From NCBI GenBank assembly GCA_003971905.1, contig RSEE01000022.1, positions 558,001 through 622,000 on the forward strand: 64,000 bases of DNA, given 5' to 3'. The position numbers and the translations under genes were made by a program. This document shows, piece by piece, positions 24,543 to 37,100 of the stretch (the first letter of the stretch is position 1; each line of letters opens with the position of its first letter). The notes beneath the pieces were generated by a model that saw only the letters and a list, made by a program, of their open reading frames with translations, did not search any database and was not told the DNA's origin. Source of the stretch: Moniliella sp. 'wahieum' (Eukaryota).

Positions 24543-27071
24543 ATGTCCGAACCTACGAGGGTGTACCTCGTATCCAACGCTGGTGGTACCGGTGGCACCA
24601 CTGGCGGCGACAATACCGGCTCGTCTTCGTTGGCGGATCTGCTGCACCAGCGACCATCGAATGCGCGGCGCAAAAGTCGGCCAGGGCAACGAAGCAAGAT
24701 GAGCAGATTGCTCGGATCCAGTTGTTGCAGGACTTTGAGTTCCCCGAGGCAAGTCACAAGGTCACTTCCACTCACGACGGCCAGCACATTGTCGCTACCG
24801 GCACGTACAAGCCCCAGATCCGCGTATGGGAGTGCGACCAACTCAGCCTCAAGTTTGAGCGGCACACGGATTATGAGAATGTTGATTTCTTGGTATGTCT
24901 CTCCTCTCCTCCTCTTCTCTTTCCTTTCCTTTTCTTTGTTTCTCCACCCCTATGTCGATTCCCCGATCCTCATTCCCGTTTTGTTTGGTTTGGTTTTGGC
25001 TACACTGGGTATGCAGATGTTGTCGGACGACTGGACGAAGCAGCTTCATCTCCAATCCGACCGGCACATTGAACTCCATTCCCAGGGGGGACACCAAGCG
25101 CGAGTCCGCATTCCCACCTTTGGCCGTGCGCTGGGCTACCACTTTCCCTCGGCCGACGCGCTGATTGGCGCAACGGGCAACGAAGTGTACCGACTTAACC
25201 TGGACCAAGGCCGATTCTTGGCGCCGTTGGTGCTAGAAGGCAGTGGGCGTGCCAGCGGAGGCGAGTCCGAGGTGATGGGGGTCAACAGTGTCGATGTCAA
25301 TCCGGCCCATGGCTTGGTTTCCTTGGGAACGGAGAGTACGACGGGGATTGTGGAGATGTGGGATCCCCGGGCGCGCAGGCGAGCGGGCGCATTGAGCGCC
25401 GCAACGCGGACCGTGCTGGAAGCTGCGTGGTACCAGGCCAAGTCGCGTGCGCTGCCTGGTGTGATGGAGGATACCGAGATGCCCACCCAAGCGGGTAGCA
25501 ACACCATCCCTTGGCCATCACCGCACTGAAGAGTGCGCAGGACGGATTGAATTGGCCGTGGGCACATCGACGGGCATACGTTGTTGTATGATTTACGAAT
25601 GGGACGGGCGTACGCAACCAAAGACCAAGGGTTTGGCATGCCCATTCATTCCCTCCCTGGCCCGGCGACCAGGCGATCAAATCTTTCTACTCGGGCGGTC
25701 GCTCGTTGGCCGACATGGTTCGTGGCGAACAGGCAGAAGGAACGGTGCTCAGTGCGGATGCCAAGGGGATCAAAGTATGGAAGAAGGAGAGTCCAGGGGA
25801 AAATGTGGTAACCGTTACGCCACCAGTGGGGGCCAACGGAACGTCGTGCGACCTGAACCATGTGCACCACATTCCCGGATCGGGCTTGATCTTAGCTGCG
25901 GTCGAGGCTACGCAGATGGCCGCTTGGTATGTGCCTGCATTGGGCCCCGCCCCGAAGTGGTGCAGCTTCCTCGACACGTTGACCGACGAAATGGACCATG
26001 AGGAAGTGGCGGGCAACCGTCGTGGTGTGTATGAGAACTTTAAGTTTGTCGATCGTGCGGAGCTGGAGCGTCTCGGTATGGACGGCTTGATCGGTACCGA
26101 CCTGCGGCCGTACATGCACGGCTACTTTGTTACCTTGGGCTTGTACGAAAAGGCCAAGCTGATTGCCAACCCAACCGCCTACGACGATGCGCGCGAACGT
26201 GCGGTCAAGGCGCGCTTGGACAAGCAATCCCAATCCCGCATCCGCCAAAACCCTCAGCCCGAAACCAAAGCGCAAGTCAAGGTCAACCAATTGCTTGCCG
26301 ACAAGGTCCAGGCCAAACAGTCCCGCAAGGACCCCCCGCACCTACCCTCTTGGCCGACGACCGATTCAAAGACTTGTTCTCCAACCCTGCGTTTGAGATT
26401 GATCAATCCAGTCGCGAATTCCAGCTGCGCAACCCGGGTGCGGTACCGCAAACGGCACCCAGCACGACACGAGAACCGTTGGTACGGCGCGACCCTTCGA
26501 CGCGCACCAGGACAGCGGTCGAGGAAGAGGCTATGGCCTCGTCCGAATCGGAGGACGAGGATGCATTTGCGTTTGCTCATCGGCCCGAAGTGCCCTCCGA
26601 GGGGAGGAGATGGAGAGGACGGATCGGGGTGCCCAGCTACGCGATTCACGAGGAAGGGGATGCGTTCAGCCAGGGTGGCAGCCGCAAGAAGACGTTCCAA
26701 GAACGGATGCGGGCGCGGCAGACGTCCCAGGCCGACTCGTCTACCTTTTGGCGTGCGTCCGAGGCGGAAGGGATGGAGTGGGAAACGGGCGAGGAAGGCA
26801 AGGAGGTGTCCTGGACGCCTGTGGGGAGGCGGCGGACGAGTACGACTCGGACGAGAAGGCGTCCAAGAAGAAGAACAAGAAGAAGAAGGCCGGCGCCGAG
26901 GACAAGGGCGAGAAGAAGATCAAGGCAAAAACATTTGGTGCAGGCCTTTCCAAGGGCGCCGGCGCCGAGGAAGGAGTGGGCCTCGAAGGCCTCACCCACG
27001 ACGACCGGTTTGGTCGCTCGCGCCGCCGCAGCACGGCCCGCAGTGCCAGCAAGAATGCCATGCGCGGCTGA
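24543..27071 (+). CDS. ENP2: Ribosome biogenesis protein ENP2/NOL10 (WD40 + NUC153)
   Basis: Motifs LQDFEFPEAS, ATGTYKPQIRVW, LSDDWTK, RIPTFGR, VYRLNLDQGRFL, LGPAPKWCSFLD, YENFKF and LRPYMHGYF, plus NUC153 DDRFKDLFSNPAFEID. Ends RSASKNAMRG*. Intron 24893-25016. Confidence 0.95.
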
Positions 27072-27732
27072 ATGGCGTGCCGATCGAAAATGCCATTTAA
27101 CTATCTTGACCAACGTGCTCATGTAGAAGAAACATCATGTACATCCTACATGCTGGACCGCATGCGGAGAGGGGAAGAGTAGGGAAGACAGGAAAGGGAC
27201 AGGCACCACCTCGCATACGATGATGGTCGGACCGAGAGTCTATATGGTGGAGGCCCGTGCCAGTGACTTACATGCCTGTACATTACTTTGGGGTTACTGG
27301 TCGGTCACTGGTCCACTGGCTACTGGCCACTTGACTTGATCGGTTAAAGACGCTACCAAGCTGCCTATGCTGGTTCGACGCCCAGGAGCAGCCCAGGGGC
27401 ACCAGAAAGAATGACAAGAGACTTGTTATACGAGATCCAACAGGGAAGCAAGGGGGTAAGGGGGGGGGGGCAAGAGAAGAACGGGGGGACGGATTTAGGC
27501 AGAAAAAGAACCAGAGACAGTGTAAGTTGGGTGGGGTGTTAAGTGTTAAAGTGGTTGCAGTTGGTTGGTCGTACACGTGCGGTGGTACACTTGCTTGTTG
27601 GGGAGAGAAAAAAAAACGAGGCGATTTTTGGGGAAAAGAAAGGAGTTGAACTCAACAGTCAATATCAGTTCAGTTCAGGCGAACGAACTTAGTACTTAAA
27701 CCTGAACCGCGGGCGCCGGGATGCACGAGAAG

Positions 27733-30700
27733 CTAGTACTCGGCGCCAAAGCGGGGCGGGAAGCCAGCGCCTTGCACGCCCACAGCAGGGTAACGCGCCA
27801 TCTCCCCAAATCCGTACGCCGCCGGCGCCATGTGAGCTGGCGTGGGGCAAACGGGTGAGGAGGCGGACGGGAGCCTGGTGCGGCGTACCGGTAGCGCTCA
27901 TCGGCATGCCAGCCGTAGGCGGCATCATGCCCCCCCGACCCGCCGCACTGCAGCGGCCGTCACGGCGGCCGGAGCAGCGCCGGCGGGAACACCAGGGTAC
28001 ATGCCCATCATGCCCGGCATCGCGGGCCATGCCACCCATGAAAGCAGCTTGGTCGTACTCCGGCCGACCGAGGGCCATCTGGTGCATGGGCGCGGCGGGG
28101 TACATGGCGTACCCCCCGCCCATGTGAGGCGGACGCACAGGTACCGGTCCGCCAGGCGCACCGTGGCCGTGGCCACCGTGCCGACCATGGTGTCCGTGGT
28201 GGCCGTGGCCATGGTGCTGCGGCGGGTGAGCACGCGTAGAACCGTGGAGGTCGTACGACTCGCGCTGGAGCTTGGACTGAATGCGCTTGCCGTACGGCGT
28301 GTTGCGGATGACGGGCAAGATGGGGCGAATGCATTCGACCAGTTGCATCCGCTGCAGCGGCTCCGAGTAGTCCAGCGCCGTCTGCACCACGTAGTTGGCA
28401 AAGCTGTCCCGCAGCAACTTTTCCAGTCCGCGAGCGGTCCAGCAGCTCGTCAATCAGTTGCTTGCGCGTCTCGTGCTCCGACACGCGAATGCACTTCTCC
28501 ATCACGTTCGAGCTGAACTTTTGCACAGACAGCGCACACACGTTGCCAATGAACTGAGAAATGACCGCCTCGGAGCAGCGGGTCGTTGAGGTCCAACACG
28601 TACTGCACCACGTAGTTGCCAACGGATCCTGGACCAGCGTCAGCGCATCGTACGTGATCTCGGTGACCAATGCATCCGCTGCGTCCGACGCATGGTCAAT
28701 GCAGCGCTGCAGGACACAGCAACCGTGACGGTGGGTAGCCACCTCGACGGTGTGGGCAGCGACAGCATTGTAGATGAACTGGTTATCCTCCGACCCCAAG
28801 CGGTTGAGGCACTTTTGAATAACATGGTTGCCATTCAAGTCCTTGATCAGCGTTACCACGTTCATCGACAGCGCCACGATGATCGAGTGAATCTGCCGCG
28901 GGTCGAGAGGAAGTCAATCGTCTTTTGCACGCCCGGGTGCCGTGCATGTTGAGCGAGATGCGACCAGTCGCCCGCGACCGATTCAACAATCAAATTGCGC
29001 TGCTCGTCCGAGCAGTACTCCAGCATCTTCTGGCACAGGTAGTTGCCAAACGGATCCGTCATCAGCTCGGCAAAGTGCGGGAACGTCTCGGCAAAGATCA
29101 TGTCGCGGTGGGCCAGGTTGCCGTCCTCCAGCTTCTTTTGCAGGTACCGGCATCCGTGCTGGTCCTTGCACAGGGCAAAGATTTCCCCCTGCAAGTCCTC
29201 CAGCTTGGTATTGGCATCCAGCTCGCCCTTGCGCGACTGCTTGAGCCCAGCCGCAGCGGCGGCGGCCGCCGCCGCAGCAGCCGTCGAAGCAGGCGGCAAC
29301 GTATTCGTCTCTTGACCCAGAACCGAAGAGAACTTGCCCTGATGAGCAAGGAGCGTCGAGGCGGGCGAGCCGGCATTAGGCGTAAATGCATCAAAGTAGC
29401 TCGAGCTAGGTCGCATGCCCATCTCCGACGTGCGACCGGACGGTCCATTCCCACCGTTCGCACTGGCCGGCGGCGCACCTGTCGCGGCCGCACCAGGTGT
29501 GTCGAAGCCAGTGTAAACGCCAAACCCGCCCGCCGGGCCGGCCGACTGATTGCCCCCGTACAGTCCGGAAAAGCCAGCTTGGTCAAACCGGCCCGCATTC
29601 GAGCCAACCGACGTGCGCGGTTCCGTCGGCGTGCCACGCCCTGACGCAGGCGACAGTGTCCCCCCTGACCCGACTGAGACGGGGTACCCGTGGGCGCGCT
29701 GAGGATGCCCGAGGGACCCGTGGGCCCCGCCACATGCGGTGAACCGGGCGCAAGACGGTCGAGGCGGTCCGCGTGGTCACGCATGACGAGCATCGGCCAC
29801 TCGGACGTTTGGCCACGTGCCGCCTTATTCAACGAGCCGTCGAGTCGGTCTGCGTCAGCGGGGCCAAGTCGAGCGCAGCACTGTTGGCAGACAGACCCAT
29901 GGGGAAACTGTCACGCCGCCCGGGGACGGGGTCAAACTTGTCGTCGTCTTCGAGGTGGTACTTCTTGACAAAGCCGACTCGGCATCCAGCTCATCGTCCA
30001 ACAAGTACGTTTCGTTGAAGACCGAGGGCAACGTCGCCCCGCCTTCGGGCGCATGCCCAGACGGAGGAGCGTCACGCTTGCCCACCACGGGGGACGAGGC
30101 GCGCGACGTGTGTTCAACACCGTTGCCCCGGAGCCCAAGCTGGACCGACCAATCGCACCGGGAGGCAGAGCGGCCGTCCGAGTTGTCCAAGCTGAGGCGG
30201 AACTGTTGCGGAGTAGGACGGGTGCCCGGCGTACCAGGGGGGTGGCGAAGAAGGGCCAACGTTGAGTCTGTCAAAGGCATACACCAAATCGGCCCGGCTG
30301 CGAGGCGCGCGGCCCTTGACCACAGTCGCTCCCAGCGCAGCAGGGCTCAGATGGCCACTCGCTGCGCCCGTCCGATTTTCGTCGCCGCTCTGGCGGCGCG
30401 AGTGGGGCATGGACCGAAGACCGGGCACGTTGCTCCCGTGCAAGCCCTCCTCGGGGTCTCGGCAAAGAAGGGCAGCTTGCCGGGACCTTGCGGGAGACAG
30501 TGCGAGAGCCCGGGGTGCGCAGGCTCGAGGCGCGCGAGGTGGACTGCGCACGGAGCGCATTCTGTTCCTCTTGCTGCTTGCGCTCGAGCTGGGCCATGTG
30601 CTGCTCAAAGAACTGGCGGTGGATCTCTTTCTGGCGAGCATGCTCCAATTTCTGTGGGATGGAGATGGTGGGAGTCAGTAGCAGGACCGACGAATAGAGG

Positions 30701-31026
30701 CACCGCAGGGGTGGCGGCGCCCGAATGGGGGGGGGGGGGCAACGTACCAGAGCGATTTCGTCGTCCGAAAGGCCCATGCTCTTGTGTGCCGACCGGTCCG
30801 GCTGCTCGGCAGGGAGGGAGGCGGCCGAGTCGGCCAGGCTGGTGGCGGTGCCGAGGAGGCAGGCAGGGCAGAAAGCGAGCGGGCATAGTCGCTGGAGGCG
30901 GGGGAGCCGGAGAAGGCCGGAGGATGGCAGGCACGGCCGAGGCAGGGGCGGTGGTGGGGGCGGTGGGGGCGGAGGCAGAGGCGTTGGCGGAGAAGGGGAG
31001 GCGGTGCCGGCGTCGCTGGTGCTCAT
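27733..31026 (-). CDS. PUF4: Pumilio-family RNA-binding protein, Puf4-like
   Basis: Eight PUF repeats: LCKDQHGCRYLQK, LMTDPFGNYLCQK, ISLNMHGTR, LIKDLNGNHVIQK, VATHRHGCCVLQR, LVQDP.GNYVVQY, LSVQKFSSNVMEK and LLRDSFANYVVQT, followed by NTPYGKRIQSKL. Long low-complexity N-terminus with intron 30652-30747. Probable stop after FGAEY at 27733. Confidence 0.92.
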
Positions 31027-31480
31027 GGCGAGGAGGGGTACAACACGCGGGTGGGTAGTGTACAGCGGCTGCGGCGCTACTCGATACAGCAGGGGGCGGA
31101 GGGTAGGTAGAGTACAGAGCGCACCGGCTACAGCCACGGGTGCATGAAACGGGGGGGGGGAGGAGGAGCGGTGGACGGGTGGAGGTGGTGGCCGTGGAAG
31201 AAGGGTGGCGCGGTGGGCAGGCGGGCAGTGGGTGGGTGGTGGGTGGTGGGTGGAGGGCCGAGTGCTGGCTGCTGCCGGGCGGGCGGACACGCGCGTGGCG
31301 CCCAGCAAAAATTCGTTCCTGCCGCCTCTCTGCGCTTCCCCCGCCGCCCGGCACGGCGCCCGTCTCCCGCCCGCCGCTAGGGTTGCCACCACCCACCGGC
31401 CTCCTGTCGGCCCAGGCGTCGTATAACTGGCAGCGGCCCCCCCCTCTCAGTCCTCACGCGGACAGGAAGCTACCTGGCAA

Positions 31481-32375
31481 CTACGGCAAGTGCAACTGGC
31501 AAGCGACTGGCAACGGGCAGCCGCTGCCCCATCTGAATATCATTCCCCTCGGCATCACTCTGCCGCCTTCGCGGCACCACCCCCCGGCGCATACGGCGTA
31601 AAGCCCGCCCCTGCGCTCCGACAGCACTTCCGTGTGCAGAGGCAGCACCGGCGGGAACCACAGCGGCAGGTCCCGGTGGTCCACCAGCTCGTTGTCTGCA
31701 TCCATCCCAGCCGTCAGCACATATCTCCGCTCGCAAGAACACACACACCGCACACAGCCGTAGGACGTACCCGTGTTCGGGTGGATCAGAACCGAGAGTG
31801 GCCTGGAGGCACAAGAACCATGTCAGTCGCCAAGGGTCTCCCCCAAGAATGCTAATCATTTCACTGGAATAATAAATTCAAAACCAAATGCACGTACCCA
31901 CGATGGATGGTGAGGAACGCCACCAGAGCGCCCAGCTCTTGCGGGTGAACACGTTGACCTCAAACATGCCCTTCTGGTGCGGGCCAATGGGTCGGTGCCA
32001 AAAGCGATACACACGCAGGCTGGGAAACTCCTTGCGGATGCGCTCCGCAGCGCCACCGCCCATTGCGCGTCGGCGGGCAGCTGGTCGTACGGCGTGCCCT
32101 CGTCAAACGGAGTAAAGTAGATGTGGAGGTCGTAGCCGTTGCGCACGAATCAAAGGGGGGCTGGAAGGAATCATACCAGTCACTGTGGTCCTTGCTCTTG
32201 TTTCCCTTGGCCGGGGTAAAGGTGGTGGGATTGAGCACGCTGCGGCCATCGCACTCTTCACCTCGGGCAGCGGCTGGCTGTTGGGCTCGTCGAGCGCAGC
32301 GAGGAGCGGGTGGGAGCGGGGCGCAATCGGGGGCTGCAGCGCCTCGTCTTGGCGGGGAACGGGGTTGGGAGCCAT
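31481..32375 (-). CDS. DOPA 4,5-dioxygenase family protein
   Basis: GYDLHIYF, ERIRKEFPSLRVYRFWHRPIGPHQKGMFEVNVFT, LSVLIHPNT and ELVDHRDLPLWF. Introns 31803-31897 and 31696-31770. The 3' end is approximate. Confidence 0.9.
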
Positions 32376-34176
32376 GGCGAGGGTGGTGGGGGGAGGGAGG
32401 GGCTGGTGGAGACGAGGGAAGAAAGGGTATGTATTTGGTGGGGGAAGCACATGGTGCAGACCCAAGTTGGGTACCATCGACATGGCAGGCCAGTCCACTG
32501 GAGTGCAGCCGCTTGGGACCCCCAGCCGATGGCATCTCGCCGCACCCGGCCCGGCCCAGACGACGCATGTCGAACGGATGGCGCCAGCCAATCGCGTATC
32601 GCCGGCAGGCTGCCAAAGCGCCGAAGTGCCGTCAGCGCCGCCAGCGGTTAAGTCCGGACGACCGGTGCAAAACGCTCCGGAAGACGCGGGGGTCGGAGCC
32701 GGGAGCACGTAAAGACAGGTGACGTCATCTCACCAGTGGGCTGAGCGCTCGCTGAGCTCAGCGCGCTTTGCTCAGCCGCTGAGTCAGCACCGAGGTTCGC
32801 CTTCCCTGCTCGATGGCAGATCACATGATCTGTCACATGATGTGTGGGGTGCTTGCAATTTGAAATGTGGCCCAGGTGCGCCCGTGGAAAAGCCAGTGCC
32901 TGCCAGTTCGTGCTAGGCGAGTGCCGGTTAGTGCCGACGAGTGCCCTGCTCTGGCGCCACCGGCCACCGCTCTTCTCACTCACGCGGCACCAGGCGGCAC
33001 TCCGCGTTGGACAATGTCTCGAGACGGCGGCTCTAGATTGCCCGTCCCACACCTGCCCGCGTCAACAGCTCAAGAGCTGCCAGATCGCAGGACCACTTGC
33101 CGTGGCGTTGGTTGACATGGGCGGCATTCCCCGTGTTGGCCATCTGCCTGCTGCTACCGGTGGGCGTCGGCACGTTGTCCCCCTCCCCCTTACACATTCC
33201 ATCACATATGGCGCGACTCCTGACCTGTGACCAGCACATGCTATGAAAACACTATCTAAACAAACACAGAATTATGCACTCTCCCTGACGTAGGCGTGCC
33301 GTCCCGCATTCAGTACTTATACGCATTTCTGTCCGGAGGTATGGGGTGCTCGAGAATGAGATGAGCGATAAAAACTCATCGGATCACGCGCGAATGAAGC
33401 AGAAGCTTCAAGCTCTTGTTGCCACATGGCATGAACTACTACTCGGGCACACACCTTGAAAAAAGCTTTTGAAGGAGTGCTCTCATGAGCGTCCCGACCC
33501 GAATTCCTGACACATACGTATACCACCGCAACTCGCACGTAAATCCAAAAGCAGAGGGCGCTGTAATTAAAGGAACGAAGAGGCCCATTTTGTTCCTCGA
33601 ATGACAATAACATAATCATGTCACAGGATAGCTATAGGCCGTGAGAAAGCTCGGGGCAGACATTAAACCCTCCCACGAAGGGAGCGTGAGCAAGGGGCGC
33701 CCATACTTTCTCTTCAAGAGCCGCGTCACGCGTGCTGTGTGGACTCCATCGAAACAGAGAGAAGCAGAGTCTGATCTGATGCCAGACTTCGAATCCCGGC
33801 GCTGTAGGAGCCGTAGTCAGCCTCTTGCATATATTTGTGTGCTGTGTCGCTGCCTGTTTCTCTGCATTATCCTTCGGTTCGTGTTCAACGTACATTCAAC
33901 GTTCATGAACATTCAGCCGGTGAGGCTCGGCGTTCAACGTACGCTCAAGTACCCAATTAAAGTGAAGATCGTGGTGCCTGCGGCCGCCGTACCAATAAAC
34001 GGAGGGGACACAGCCAAACCCCCTGCACACCTACGCCACGCTTACTCCAAATGGGTGCCCCATCACATATCACCTACGCCACCATCTCTCTCCCCCTCCC
34101 CTTGCTGTCAGGCTCAGGCCATAACCCCCCCCCTTCAGAGCCTCATCACCTTCTCTACTGGTAGCCCCCTTGCCCA

Positions 34177-37100
34177 ATGGCGCCGCCGCGCCTCTGGAGG
34201 CGTAGCCCCCTCTCATCCTCCATCTCGGCTCCATCACAGCTCCTGGGCCTACTGAGGGCGAGGACGACTGGTAACTGCCCTACTCGGGTCCCATCGAGCC
34301 TCCTTCTTCAGATGCGCCGCGTTTTCATTCCCATCCATCCTCCCGCACCTCCACCCGCGTCCGTCGCTGCTGACCGCCGGAAGTTCAGGAGGGCGTCTTT
34401 CGTTCCACTCCTCCCTCAGCCCCACCCCATCATTCTCCACCTCGCTCCAGTACCCACACCTCCAGCACTCCCCGTGCCACCTCGTCGGCTCTCCTCACCC
34501 AAGTCGGCCCCCGCCCCTCGCGGCCGCTACACTACTCCTTTGGCCCTATTTCCGGCTCCGATGTCTACATGACGGTCCATCCAGTAGCCTGTCAGGCAAA
34601 GCCAAAGGTGCCCATCAAAAAACTATCCCTCTCACCCCGTATCTTGTTCCAGATCAAAAGGCCCCAACGGAGGCCACAGACGTTCGGCCGCAGCTACTGC
34701 AACTGTCGCACCCTCGTCGTTCCGGTTCCGATCACAGTTGGCACTCCCCGCGACAGCGAGCGTCCACCTTGACCATCCCCTCAGCCCCATGTTCGAGGAA
34801 AGCTCGGTCGAGGCGAGCAGCGCAAATGCCACGCCGCAGCTCACCACTTCTCTTCCGTCCAGGGACGAGGGAGGGCAACGATGGATACCGCCGTTTTCGT
34901 ATCCTGCACCGACGACGACGACCCTCGACGCGCTGGACCGGCAGGACCACTTTTTTCTCGTGACTGCCAAACCAACTGCCCAGGTGGCAGATTCTACCGT
35001 GGCGCTCAACGTGCGGCCGGCCGCGCCTGTTGTTCCCCAGGGGGCCGAGACCAGCCGCTTTTCCGACTCTACTACGCGAACTGTCCCCACTCCGTGCCTG
35101 TTCCTGTCAGACCTTCGCATGACGGCGAGGGTCCCATCTTCAGTATTACCCGTCACGGATCGTTTGCGTTGAATTCTACGCACCCTGCTGGTGACCACCT
35201 GTCATCGCGACGCTCGCCTCCCTTGCCTTCTGCTCCGCCTGGCTCTGTCTTTCACCGCGCTACAGGGGAGAGCGGGAGTAAGGAGGAAGGAGCCTGGTAC
35301 CCCTCTTACGCCCATCACGCCCGACGTAAGATCCTGTACGCCCTTCTTGTTTGGGTCTAGAAGGGCTGGGATGGAGCCAGGGCGGAACAAGGGGTGGTCT
35401 AACACCGGGGGGATGGGCACCGCGCGAGCCGCAATGGCTTCGTTGGCAGCTAAGAGCCTCTTCCCCCAGGAGCCGGGGAAGAAGTCCGGCCCTTGCCAGA
35501 CCAAGATCCTTGGGCTGAGTCTTCGGACGTGGCAGCCACCCTACGGCTTCTCGTTATACCAGCGAACACGGGAGTGGACTGCAATTATCTCCTCGTCCAT
35601 CCAGCCGGGCTGGACTCATGTTCCATCCTCGGCCTCGTCTGCGGATCAGTCGGAGCATGCCGCTCCTTGCAGCTGCTAACCAACCCGCTCATCCTCCTCG
35701 GTGGCCCACCAGTACCCCGGCACCTCGCATAGGCCAATCTCTTTCCCCCCCAGACCCCCCACCTCGTCCTGCTGCTCTCTGACACCAAAGGCAGCACGAG
35801 GGAAGCGAGACGGCCATACGCTCGGGACTTGCTCCGGCCGCTATGCGCACCGTCGATGTACAAACGTACTACGCTTTACAAACCTTGCCTGCGACAGTCG
35901 CACCGGCTGCGGCGGAGCGATTGGGTCTGACCCTCGGCCCCGATGGGCGACTGGTCCCGCCGCCATGGGAGGGCAAGTACTGTGGCCCACCTCGGTTTCG
36001 CAACTTGCCCCATCCGGACCCGAAGGGCTGGACCAAAAAGTCAGCGCGTACTACGCGTACTAAAACCACCCCGTGGACAACTTCCGTCCATTCCGCCTCC
36101 ACGCATGGAGGAATGGTTGGATTACGATGCGGATGTTGTGGGGGTGGATCGGCCTTGGCCTGGGCAGCCTGCGACCCAAGGGCCTTGGGAGCAGGATCCG
36201 GAAGAACCATCGGTCCCTCCCCCAGCTGCCCCCCTCAGCTCCGCCCAGGTTAACCCGACGGAACTCTGGGTGGAAGCAGCGACGGACGTAGAGGGCACGA
36301 TTCACATGCTACTGGACAACGCGATTCGTCGCTTATGCGGCTACAAGCTGCTTTCCAGACCCCTCGTTCCAACGGGAACCCAGGCTGACCAGTGATCCAC
36401 CACCGGTGCCGTCCGGATTACCAACGACACCGAGCTGGGAGAGAGAAAGGGCACTCAGCACACCGGCCATGGGACAGCCTCTGGTCCAGGCAAGCGGTTC
36501 TCATTATCTCACCGAGGCCGAACTATTTCATCCTGATGGTTCTGCCTCGGTTCCTGGCGTAACTGCATCTGCAGGCGGTGATGACCGGCCCAGCTCACAG
36601 AGCAGCGGCGGTGCCCAAACCACCACGTTGGCACTCACTACTGAGGAACCTCCCATGCCCGGGCGTGCTCCCAGTACGCCTACCGTTAGCAACAGCAGTC
36701 CAACCACACACACTCATTCTGGTGACGGGGGAAGTACAGCCCGATCTCCTCTTCCTCGACCGTTGCCCTTGAGGCCGAAGTCGTCGCTCCGATCCTCTGC
36801 CTCGTTAGGCTCGACCCCATTCTCCCACCCACACTGTGCGTTGAACAGACCGACGTCATCGCCCTTGGTGCCCTCGACGAGCAGGCGTTTGGACATGCAG
36901 CCTGCCCAGCCCCGGTCGGTACGTTGGAACCGAATGGATGCAGGTTCGATAAAACTACTAATGCAGGAGACGCTGACCCCCCACCTCTCCCTTTTCTTTT
37001 CACAGACGTCCGCGGGAGGACTATACCCGCTTGAAAGGGGTGGTCCTACACCGCTGCCCCGTTTCTCTCCGCTCCCTCTTCGTGCTACCGCAGACCCCAT

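Noticed and set aside
33770..33805. TTCGAATCCC resembling a tRNA T-loop/B-box
   Set aside because: No T-stem, D-arm or acceptor stem can be formed around it.
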